From the IMG/VR virus record IMGVR_UViG_3300033075_001514, positions 2,265-66,264 of that record: a DNA stretch of 64,000 nt; one strand, 5' to 3'. The DNA is from a virus (taxonomy: Duplodnaviria > Caudoviricetes). The position numbers and the translations under genes were made by a program. Positions 45,845-54,365 of the stretch are shown here, piece by piece (position 1 is the stretch's first letter; every line of letters begins with the position of its first letter). The notes below the pieces were generated by a model. That model saw nothing but the letters and a program-made list of their open reading frames with translations. It was not told where the DNA came from and did not search any database.

Positions 45845-48388
45845 ATGGCCAAAAGCTTTTCTGATAGTTCCGGAACACTGTACCGCCCTGGCGCATACAG
45901 TCAATATAAGGTCGCTTCGAGCCCTTCTGGCCTCGCTACGACTGGCGTTCTGATGCTCGTCGGTGAAGCCGACGCAGGACCCGTGTATTCGCTGGAGTCC
46001 GACCTGGAAGCCAACGCGTTTGGTCCCGACCAACTGGCCGATGTCGAAGCCAAGTACGGCTCGGGTCCTCTCGTTGACGCCTTCCGCGCTGCGACTTCGC
46101 CTGCTGACGACCCCGACATCACTGGCTCGTTCAGTTCGGCCATCCTCGTCAAAACCAACACCTCGGCCAAGGCCAGCGGAGTTCTCCCCGCCATCGGCGG
46201 TGGTACTTACGCGACCCTCCTCGACAAGTCGTACGGTAAGGGCGGCAACGGCATCGCTTTCCGCTCGCTGAGCGCAACCGCCGAAGTCGTTCCTACGACC
46301 GGCGCTTTCACGTACATCCCCGCTGTCGGTGCAATCGACTACCGCATCCGTTCGAACGGTGCTGCAGCCGTCGGTACGACCATTTCGGCGAACACGACCC
46401 CCACCGCGCTCGTGACCCTACTTGACGCCCTCGCTGGCGTCACTGTTACGGGTGGAGCTTCGCGGTCGATTCTGACTGCAACTGGCGGCCGTACCATCGC
46501 CATCGACGCCTTCCCCGCCTCGACGACGGCCAACACCATCCTCGTCACGATTTCCGCTCCCTGGGACAACATCCCCACCATCGGCGACACCTTCGTCATC
46601 CCAGCGACTGCCCCCGCGCTCCTGCGCGACCCCGCTGGTGGCTCGACTGACGAAAACGTCGGTGCGTACGTCATCACTGGCGCGACTTCGCTGACCATCA
46701 CGGCCGTCAAGCTCTCTGACGCCGGTCGCGGTGGCGCAGTCGCCGGAACCATCACGGCTCCTGCCGACACGGCCGCTCCTGTCGCCCTCGTTGCGGCTAC
46801 CGACCTGGTCGCCTACGCCCCCATCACCATCACCCAGGACGCGGCGGCCGTTGTCTCGGGCTACGCCAAGTCGCTCGAAATCGCTGAACTGACCTCGGGT
46901 GCGGACCTGCTGTCGCGTACCGCGTACGTCCTCGGTACCACGACCGCTGTCACCTGGGTTTCGAAGACCTCGGCCCCTGTCCTGCTCGGTTCGTCGGCCG
47001 AATACCGGGTCCAGCTTGACATCAACAAGAACGCAACGCTCCAGTCGGAGTCGTTCACTGCCGGTGGCGACATTGCCCTCAAGATTGGTTACGCGGGCAC
47101 TACCGCCGTAATGACCTTGACCGACACCACCCTGACCACGACGGTCACTGGTGGCTCGGGTGCGAACCTCTCGCTGACCCTGGCCGACTACAGCAATATC
47201 CAGGCCATGGTTGACTACATCGCCACCCAGGCTGGATATACTTGCACCACCGGCACCGCGTCGCTCGGCCAGCTTCCTCTTGCCGCCCTTGACAACGTCG
47301 CCGCAGTCGGAATTTGCGGCCAGTTCGGCACGACCCCCGGTCAAATCAAGACCGACGCATACTCGTTCTTCGACGAAGTCAACTCGAACTCGGGTGTGCT
47401 CCAGGTCAACGACCCCGCAGCCCAGGCCGCTTCGGGTCTCCCCGACGTCATGGCTGCCCAGGTTTTCATGACTGGCGGAACCAAGGGTGGCACGACCGAT
47501 GCAGTCGTCACCGCCGCAATCGCCGCACTTGAGACCGTTCAGGGAAACTTCCTCGTTCCTCTGTTCAGCCGCAACGCAACCAGCGACATCGCCGACGGTC
47601 TGACCGACGCTGCGTCGACCTACACCATCGCGTCGATTCACGCTGCTGCCCGTTCGCACGTTCTGGCACTCAGCACCCTGAAGCGTCGCCGCAACCGCCA
47701 GGCCTTCCTCTCGATTGCCTCGGCCTTTGCGACCGCAAAGAACACCTCGGCAAACATCGCGAGCTTCCGCTCGTCGATGGCTTTCCAGGACTTCCGCCAG
47801 AACGGCGCCAACGGCATCCAGACGTACCTCCCTTGGATGGGCGCGGTTCTTGCTGCTGCCATCCAGGCCGCTGGGTTCTACCGCAACATCGAGTTCAAGG
47901 GCGTCAACACCGTCGGCGTGCTGTCCCGTGCCAACGACTTCAACGCCAAGAACGACTCCCAGGTCGAACAGGCTCTCAAGGCCGGTCTGCTGGTCGCTGT
48001 ACCTGCCCGCACAGGTGGCTACATCTTCGCCTCGGACCAAACCACCTACGGCAAGGACAACAACTTCGTCTTCAACTCGATTCAGGCCGTGTACGCCGCT
48101 GACACCGTCAGCCTCACCATGGCTCAGAGGATGGAGACCGCCTTCGTCGGCCAGTCTGTCGCTGACGTCAGCGCCCCTGTTGCTCGCGCCTTCGCTGAAG
48201 GCGTCCTCGCCGACATGCTCCGACTGAAGCTCATCGCTCCTTCGGACGGTGCCGAAAAGGGCTGGAAGAACCTTGGAATCAAAATCCGTGGCAACGCCAT
48301 GCTTGTGTCTGTCGAAATCAAGCTCGCGACCGCCATTGACTTCATCAAGATCGACTTCCTCGTTTCGCAGGTCGAGCAGTCGGCCTAA
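45845..48388 (+). CDS. tail sheath protein
   Basis: RPGAYS..VLMLVGEADAGP N-terminus and sheath C-terminal pattern; 847 aa; upstream of tube gene. Confidence 0.85.
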   Translation: MAKSFSDSSGTLYRPGAYSQYKVASSPSGLATTGVLMLVGEADAGPVYSLESDLEANAFGPDQLADVEAKYGSGPLVDAFRAATSPADDPDITGSFSSAILVKTNTSAKASGVLPAIGGGTYATLLDKSYGKGGNGIAFRSLSATAEVVPTTGAFTYIPAVGAIDYRIRSNGAAAVGTTISANTTPTALVTLLDALAGVTVTGGASRSILTATGGRTIAIDAFPASTTANTILVTISAPWDNIPTIGDTFVIPATAPALLRDPAGGSTDENVGAYVITGATSLTITAVKLSDAGRGGAVAGTITAPADTAAPVALVAATDLVAYAPITITQDAAAVVSGYAKSLEIAELTSGADLLSRTAYVLGTTTAVTWVSKTSAPVLLGSSAEYRVQLDINKNATLQSESFTAGGDIALKIGYAGTTAVMTLTDTTLTTTVTGGSGANLSLTLADYSNIQAMVDYIATQAGYTCTTGTASLGQLPLAALDNVAAVGICGQFGTTPGQIKTDAYSFFDEVNSNSGVLQVNDPAAQAASGLPDVMAAQVFMTGGTKGGTTDAVVTAAIAALETVQGNFLVPLFSRNATSDIADGLTDAASTYTIASIHAAARSHVLALSTLKRRRNRQAFLSIASAFATAKNTSANIASFRSSMAFQDFRQNGANGIQTYLPWMGAVLAAAIQAAGFYRNIEFKGVNTVGVLSRANDFNAKNDSQVEQALKAGLLVAVPARTGGYIFASDQTTYGKDNNFVFNSIQAVYAADTVSLTMAQRMETAFVGQSVADVSAPVARAFAEGVLADMLRLKLIAPSDGAEKGWKNLGIKIRGNAMLVSVEIKLATAIDFIKIDFLVSQVEQSA

Positions 48389-48391
48389 CCA

Positions 48392-48817
48392 ATGGATGCC
48401 CTGACTTACAAAGGAAAGGCCAGGGCGCGTGCGAAGGCCTATTACGAACAAAACCGAGATCGCATCAACGCCGCTCTGCGCGAAAAGCGCAAGAGCGGAC
48501 AGGCCACCAAGTCGACGAAATACGTACGAAAATGGAGAGCCGAGAACCCCCAGCGGGCATTGGCTCTCAAGCTCAAAAAGTACGGAATCTCGGTAGAGTT
48601 CTACCAGGACCAACTAGAACAGCAACAGGGGAACTGCAAAATCTGTTCTGAGAAAATGATTCCGCCGAACGTCGACCACGACCACAAGACCGGGACCGTC
48701 CGTGGACTTCTGTGCAGTCGATGCAATACCGCTATCGGACTCTTAAGAGAAAGTAAGAGCAATTTAATCAACGCTCTCGCTTATCTCGAAGCATCAACCA
48801 GTAATCTGGTCCAGTAA
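48392..48817 (+). CDS. endonuclease VII-like HNH homing endonuclease
   Basis: CKICS..VDHDHKTGTVRGLLCSRCNTAIG. Confidence 0.85.
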   Translation: MDALTYKGKARARAKAYYEQNRDRINAALREKRKSGQATKSTKYVRKWRAENPQRALALKLKKYGISVEFYQDQLEQQQGNCKICSEKMIPPNVDHDHKTGTVRGLLCSRCNTAIGLLRESKSNLINALAYLEASTSNLVQ

Positions 48818-48831
48818 GAAGGAGATTTCAA

Positions 48832-49302
48832 ATGGCTAGCAAAACGATGAATGGCGCCAGGGGGAAGGTATACATCGCCGACCCCAACACCGGCAAGCCC
48901 GAACTGATTGGTATTTTCTCGACAATCAGTTGGGGTCTCCAGTACGACGTCCAGCCCGTATTCCTCCTTGGCCGCCACGGCGCCGATGAACTCGTCTACA
49001 CGGCCCAGGAACCCGTCACCGTCAACTGCTCGGGCTTCCGAGTCGTCGGCGCAGGTGCCCACCGCCTTGCGAAGGTCCCCAACACCAAGGACCTTCTGAC
49101 GCACGAATACATCCAGCTTGTGATTGCTGACCGCCAGACCGGCCGAGACATCGCTCGAATCCACTCCGTACGCCCCACCAGCTACTCGACGACCCTGAAC
49201 GCCCGCAACCTCGAAGAGATTTCCATCAGTTACATGGGCTTGCTCGTAGACGACGAAGACACCCAGCTTGCTGAACGTGCTGACGCCACGACCCTTCCGT
49301 AA
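48832..49302 (+). CDS. tail tube protein
   Basis: Follows sheath; strong AAGGAG SD; GTAATCT 48801; beta-rich tube-like sequence. Confidence 0.75.
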   Translation: MASKTMNGARGKVYIADPNTGKPELIGIFSTISWGLQYDVQPVFLLGRHGADELVYTAQEPVTVNCSGFRVVGAGAHRLAKVPNTKDLLTHEYIQLVIADRQTGRDIARIHSVRPTSYSTTLNARNLEEISISYMGLLVDDEDTQLAERADATTLP

Positions 49303-49334
49303 TCCGCTACCAACGTTTTGAACGGGCGCCCCGC

Positions 49335-49922
49335 TTGGTACTTGTACTGAGTGGGGCGTTCTGTTATGTTGCGCGCGCAACGCTCAAGACCGTTAAATTC
49401 CTTGGCTCTGGAAGCGAGAAAAACTGCTTCCTTCTGAACGACGGACGTGTCGGGCTCTTTGAGCGAGATGGTTCCGAAAAGTACCTCAAAAAGGAACACC
49501 TGGCGCTCAAGCGCCTTGCGAAGGTGGGGGTCCCCACGTTCCAGGTCGAACTACTGGAGGTCGAGTTGGAGAGTCGACGACGAGAACTCGCCCTGGTGGG
49601 ACGGCGCTACGACCACCACGCCTTGTCAGGCGACACCGACGAAGAGTTGTACGTCGGAGACTTTGAAACCCGATTCAGCAAAATCCTCGCCATCGCCCAA
49701 AAACTCCGCGATGCGAAGATGGAGGTCTCGGACCCCCAGTTTTTGTTTGACGCCGAAGGCGACATCGTGCTATGTGACCCAGGTCGCGTACGGAAGATGT
49801 CTTCCAGACACGTCTGCAGCCAAGGATGTGCATCAGGGTGCAGGGTTGCGTGGTGCTGGCAAGCCATTGAAGGTTGGGTCAAGAAGCTGCGGCGCTTGGC
49901 CCCTACGAAAGGCAAAGGATGA
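49335..49922 (+). CDS. divergent protein-kinase-like protein (start unresolved)
   Basis: FLGSGSEK Gly-loop, E..AL..L..GVP, DPQFL, DPG in kinase order. Confidence 0.5.
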   Translation: MVLVLSGAFCYVARATLKTVKFLGSGSEKNCFLLNDGRVGLFERDGSEKYLKKEHLALKRLAKVGVPTFQVELLEVELESRRRELALVGRRYDHHALSGDTDEELYVGDFETRFSKILAIAQKLRDAKMEVSDPQFLFDAEGDIVLCDPGRVRKMSSRHVCSQGCASGCRVAWCWQAIEGWVKKLRRLAPTKGKG

Positions 49923-50154
49923 CCGGAGAACTTGCTATTGCAATCGGCCTCGGCGTAACCGCAACGTTTATGTTGGGGATTTTTTGCGGCCACGTCCTCA
50001 CTTTCGTACCACCCAACCAAGAATCGAATCTGCTCACCGAGTGGATTCGGACCCGTCACGAATACCGGATGCGCCTGCTCGCGCACCGTGAGCGCTGGTT
50101 CGAAATTGAAGCAGCACAACCGCGCCCTGGTGAGTGGCGCATGGAGTCAAAATA

Positions 50155-50898
50155 ATGCTGAAAGAGTCCTACATTTGGTGTGACCTGGAAACAACCGGCC
50201 TCGACCGCAAGACCGACGTCATCATGGAGGTCGGGATTTTGGTCAAGGGGGTGGAGTATTCCACGCCGATTTACAACCCCCCGCAAGACCTCCGCATGGA
50301 CGACTACGTCCGCAAGATGCACGGGCGCACGGGCTTGACGGCCAAGTGCGACGTCATGGGAATCAGCATCGCTCGTGCTGACGTCGCGGTCATGCAGCGT
50401 CTGATGGACGCGGGTATCAAACCCGGCACGGGCATTTTGGCTGGTTCGTCGATCCACTTCGACCGTGGCTTCATCGACGAATATATGCCCGGGTTCTCGC
50501 GCATGCTCAGCCACAGGATGGTCGACGTCAGCAGCTTCAAGCTCGTCCTGAAGGACCTCAGGCCCGACCTTTACGACCAGCTTTTCAAGAACTCGCCCTA
50601 TCCCGAGCACTCGGTGATGGCCGACATCAGGCAGTCCATGGCCGACCTGGAGACCTGCCTCACAGGTCTTGCTGGACCTGACCCGGCCCCTGCTCAATCC
50701 AAGTCTAAGTCCAAGTTTAAGGTGGGCGACAAAGTGCGCCTGAAGGCCTTCCCCGAAGGGCCGTATTACAGGGTCTTCGCTCCGTCGACTGAGGCACCTT
50801 CGAGGATCGACCTTGTGATGGAGGGTTCGGAAAGTCCGAATTACGAGACCTGGGACTGGGAGAAAAACCTCGAACTCGTGCCAAAGGAAACGCCCTAA
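50155..50898 (+). CDS. orn: oligoribonuclease-like DEDDh exonuclease with C-terminal extension
   Basis: IWCDLETTGLD, AGSSIHFDRGF, HRMVDVSS, H..MADI. Confidence 0.8.
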   Translation: MLKESYIWCDLETTGLDRKTDVIMEVGILVKGVEYSTPIYNPPQDLRMDDYVRKMHGRTGLTAKCDVMGISIARADVAVMQRLMDAGIKPGTGILAGSSIHFDRGFIDEYMPGFSRMLSHRMVDVSSFKLVLKDLRPDLYDQLFKNSPYPEHSVMADIRQSMADLETCLTGLAGPDPAPAQSKSKSKFKVGDKVRLKAFPEGPYYRVFAPSTEAPSRIDLVMEGSESPNYETWDWEKNLELVPKETP

Positions 50899-51451
50899 TG
50901 GGCGTCTTCAGGGCGAACGCCCAGTACATCGTCAACAAAGCGTACCTGATTTCGAGCCCCGCCGACGTCGAAGCTGCCATCGAAGATGCGCGGTTCCGCT
51001 TGACCGCGAGCGCTCTGGTGGGTATGCTCGTAGGTGTTGTCGTAACATCCACCGCAGTACTTCTCATGCTGAAAGCAACTGGAAAACTATGACCAAAACC
51101 AAGACGAAGACTCTCACCCTCAAGCAAGTCCTCCGCGAGGCTCGTAAGCTCATCCTGAAGCACGGGAACTGCAAGGGCCTGGCTGTCGACGAACAGGGCC
51201 GATTCTGCGCCCTCGGTGCCATCAACCGAATCACGAACACCTTCAGCATTGCGACCGACAGCAATGCAGCGAACAACCATGCCCGCATGTTGCTGGCGAA
51301 TGCCATTCCGGGTTCTTCCGTTAAGTATCATGACCCTACCAGGGACTTCCAGTACGCCACCAATCGCGTCATCACGTACAACGACGCTCCCGGTACCCGC
51401 AAGCGTCAAATCGTCAGGCTGTTCGAACGCGCCATCGAGGAGGCGAAGTAA
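50898..51451 (+). other. two hypothetical CDS (50898..51092, 51089..51451)
   Basis: Coupled ORFs. Confidence 0.6.
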
Positions 51452-51927
51452 TGGAAATCACAATTTCGGCACGAGGTACTGTCGAGCCGCCCAAGTACGT
51501 GAGCGAAATGGGCGTCTACGTCGCCGGTAAGTTCGAGGAGGTCGACGCCGTCCGCGCAGCCCAGGCCGCCCTTCAGGACGCGGGATTCGGGATTACCCAC
51601 GACTGGACGGGTGAGTCCACGGCTGGCAAGTCGCCCGAGGAAATCGGACCGTTTTTGGCAATTTGCGCCGAAAACGACTACGTCGGCGTGACCGAAGCCG
51701 ATGCGGTGTTGCTGCTCAACCACGACCGCGCCTTCGGAGCCATGGTTGAGATGGGCATGGCAATCGCCAGGGGCATCCCGGTGTTCGTCGTTGGACACAA
51801 AATCCGCGACAACATCTTCTTCCACCTGAACTCCGACTTCGGGGTCTACCTCTTCGACACCGTCGAGGAAGCCATCCAGGCCCTCAAAGACATGCGCGCT
51901 GCCCTCGACGGCCTGACTGACGGCTAA
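51451..51927 (+). CDS. nucleoside 2-deoxyribosyltransferase-like protein
   Basis: VYVAG..ND..V.EADAVL..GAMVEMGMAIA.G.PV. Confidence 0.75.
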   Translation: MEITISARGTVEPPKYVSEMGVYVAGKFEEVDAVRAAQAALQDAGFGITHDWTGESTAGKSPEEIGPFLAICAENDYVGVTEADAVLLLNHDRAFGAMVEMGMAIARGIPVFVVGHKIRDNIFFHLNSDFGVYLFDTVEEAIQALKDMRAALDGLTDG

Positions 51928-52195
51928 GCCATGTCAAACCAGCCCAGTTGGGACGATGTGATGCGTACACTGGCGGATATTGCCAATCCGGAGCCCGCCA
52001 GGACCGTCCCAGTTGAGCCCGAAGAGAGCGACTCGACCGACCCCGCAAGTGGAAACATGCGAGATTGTTACATTTGCGGGTGTCGGCTCGACATGCCTGA
52101 GCACATGATTTACCGTCGGGCAAACGCCCGATACGTACTCAGTACATGCATGCCGTGTGCCGACCAATACATTCTAGACACGTAATCTTTGCGGT

Positions 52196-52606
52196 ATGCC
52201 ACCCGCAATTGATTTCGGCCCCCAGCTTTCGTCCCATGAAGACCGCCTCCAACGAGTTGAGGCGAACTCAGAAGAGACGCGTGTACTTGTCGCCGAGATC
52301 GGCACGAAAATCGACCACTACGAACAAGTCCACTCGCGTAGTCGAGCGGAACTGTCAGACAAGATTCAAAGCGGCTTTGAGCGCATCAACGAAGACCAGA
52401 GAACCCTTCTGGACCGTTTGGAGGCGCACGCCGCTGACCTGCGAGACCACAAGTCCCGCATCGAAATCACCGAAAAGCACATGAATGAGGCCCAGGGCCG
52501 GGCGACCGCCCGCATGGATGTCCTCAAGAAACTGGCGATCGGCGTGCTGCTCGCTGCGTGTGGCGTTCTGGGTACCAAGCTCGCAGAGACCCTGGTGAAC
52601 CCATGA
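52196..52606 (+). CDS. late coiled-coil protein with C-terminal TM anchor
   Basis: GTAATCT 7 nt upstream. Confidence 0.6.
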   Translation: MPPAIDFGPQLSSHEDRLQRVEANSEETRVLVAEIGTKIDHYEQVHSRSRAELSDKIQSGFERINEDQRTLLDRLEAHAADLRDHKSRIEITEKHMNEAQGRATARMDVLKKLAIGVLLAACGVLGTKLAETLVNP

Positions 52607-52878
52607 CTCCCGAGAAGCCCGTAAAGCGCCCTGACGATGGCGGCTACAAGTCCCGCAAGCTCACGCTGGCGTACGTAGCCCTGGTCCTGATGACCGTGGG
52701 GTTCTTTGCGACCGCTCGTTGGCCGAGCTTGGCGTCGACCTACATGGAATTCAACATGGCGGTATTGGCTGCGGCTTCAATCTACACTGGCGGTAACACC
52801 CTCAGCAAGTGGATTAACGCTCGCAAGGTGGCAACGAAGAAGCCGAAGTCGCCAGCCGCGCCACCACCTGGGAAGTAA
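52603..52878 (+). CDS. holin-like 2-TM membrane protein
   Basis: SRKL + TM + TM + basic tail; late operon. Confidence 0.5.
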   Translation: MTPEKPVKRPDDGGYKSRKLTLAYVALVLMTVGFFATARWPSLASTYMEFNMAVLAAASIYTGGNTLSKWINARKVATKKPKSPAAPPPGK

Positions 52879-52972
52879 CTTCAACGTCCTGTCGTAATCA
52901 TGCTGCGCGCGACGTGGAGCGAATACCCAGCCGTCAAGATTTTGAATGCGACCGAGTCCTTGGATTCGTCGC

Positions 52973-53239
52973 TCACAGCCCGAAACCCATCAAGAGCTTG
53001 ACAGCCTTGGCGTCCAGGCGCTCTTCTTCAGTCATGGGACCCGCGCCAAGTAGCTTGGCGAGGTCTTCGACGAATTCGTCGGCCCTGAAGCTGCAAACGA
53101 CTCTGCCGGAGCCATCGGACTTCTTTGCCAGAATGCCAAGTTCGATTCCCACCGAGGCGTCGGCTTCGATAGCCTCTTCGATGGCGAACCTCAGGTGAGG
53201 CAGTATTTGCAGCATTTTGTTGCGGATTTCGTCGTTCAT
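52973..53239 (-). CDS. hypothetical protein
   Basis: Coupled to SEC-C gene. Confidence 0.55.
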   Translation of the reverse strand: MNDEIRNKMLQILPHLRFAIEEAIEADASVGIELGILAKKSDGSGRVVCSFRADEFVEDLAKLLGAGPMTEEERLDAKAVKLLMGFGL

Positions 53240-53433
53240 GGTTCCCCCATTGCAATCTGCGCCAAAGCAACTGCCATCAACAGCTTGTCGCTCCGTCTAC
53301 GTCCGACGTATGTCCGCCTGAAATCGTCCTCGCGCAAGGCCTCTTCGTGAGCAGCCTCGATTTGCCAGCACAAGCAGAGCTTGCGCTTTTTCCCCGAACC
53401 GCAAGGACAGGGCTTGTTGCGGTCATTCGCCAT
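53236..53433 (-). CDS. SEC-C motif mini-protein
   Basis: RNKPCPCGSGKKRKLC; TTGACC-N17-TATAAG-N6-ATG upstream (53440-53468). Confidence 0.75.
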   Translation of the reverse strand: MANDRNKPCPCGSGKKRKLCLCWQIEAAHEEALREDDFRRTYVGRRRSDKLLMAVALAQIAMGEP

Positions 53434-53445
53434 ACCGACCTTATA

Positions 53446-53982
53446 TCAACGAAGGTCCCACTGGTCAAGAGCGCGGCGGCGCCTTTCGGCCTGACGGTAC
53501 AAATCCGGGTCGCCGTCCAGGGTCACCCGGGCGTCTGGAGTCGTAGTAACAAAACCCGACCAGTTGCTCGAATTCCTCAGCATGATTGTTCCGGACTCCA
53601 ACTCCAGTTGTTTTGGCCCCACGGAGCCCGCCTGGCGGTCCAAGGTCGAATCTTCGTCCATGAACCCTAGTTCGGCCCTGATTTGGAGGAACAAGTGTTC
53701 TACGGGCCTCCTGGAGCACCAAAGCCCCATTCCGTTGGCCCTGTTGATACGCCAAACCAGGGGGACTTCGTACGAAATTCCCTGGTACCTTACGAACTCG
53801 ACCGCTCGCGTGAGACAGTAACCGTTGATTTTCCCACGAATGCGGAGCACGTAGTCGCGGATCGCCCTGTCATGGTCATAAACGTCGAGGCGGTAGCCTT
53901 GCTCCATCAGGAGGTCAAAGGCTACCGCCTCAAATCCATCGTTGCCGGGGTGTTCGGACTCTCGTTGAGGCTGGGGGCTCAC
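53446..53982 (-). CDS. hypothetical protein
   Basis: 178-aa ORF. Confidence 0.6.
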   Translation of the reverse strand: MSPQPQRESEHPGNDGFEAVAFDLLMEQGYRLDVYDHDRAIRDYVLRIRGKINGYCLTRAVEFVRYQGISYEVPLVWRINRANGMGLWCSRRPVEHLFLQIRAELGFMDEDSTLDRQAGSVGPKQLELESGTIMLRNSSNWSGFVTTTPDARVTLDGDPDLYRQAERRRRALDQWDLR

Positions 53983-54132
53983 GGGTCGAATCTTAGCAGA
54001 ACCGTCCTGTGAAGTCCGTCAAGGGGCTGGTTGTGCTGGTAGAACGGCACGCCGCCACAGGTCCTGCGCATGTTGGCGATTTCCTTCTGGCCCGCAGCCA
54101 AGCTGCGCACACATGCACCGCAGAGCTTTGGG

Positions 54133-54303
54133 TCAATCCCACCCGTTGCTGGGTGCCACGGGGATCGGCACATCGTGCAGAGGTCGTCCCCCGTCGCCTG
54201 AATCTTCATACGGTGCCGGAGCAGGAAGCTGGGGTCGTTGCTCTTCCCGGTCGCGTCTCTCAAGTTTTTGGAGGTCATCGATAATCCAGGCTGGAGGGGT
54301 CAT
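54133..54303 (-). CDS. small late protein (MTPPAWIIDDLQKLE...)
   Basis: Not in track; TAATCT (54311-54316, minus) exactly 7 nt upstream of ATG. Confidence 0.55.
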   Translation of the reverse strand: MTPPAWIIDDLQKLERRDREEQRPQLPAPAPYEDSGDGGRPLHDVPIPVAPSNGWD

Positions 54304-54365
54304 GTGCTGTAGATTATGCCCAAAGGAAACTCAGATTACCAGCGTTAAATGTAATCTGCAAGCTT

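Noticed and set aside
48389-48831. Group I intron interrupting sheath or tube
   Set aside because: Sheath ends with TAA and tube has its own SD and ATG; the HNH is free-standing and no intron core was recognised.
29990-52900. GTAATCA near-matches (about 29990, 38106, 44524, 52893)
   Set aside because: They lack the final T, lie inside CDS or have no start codon at +7/8; not counted as late promoters.
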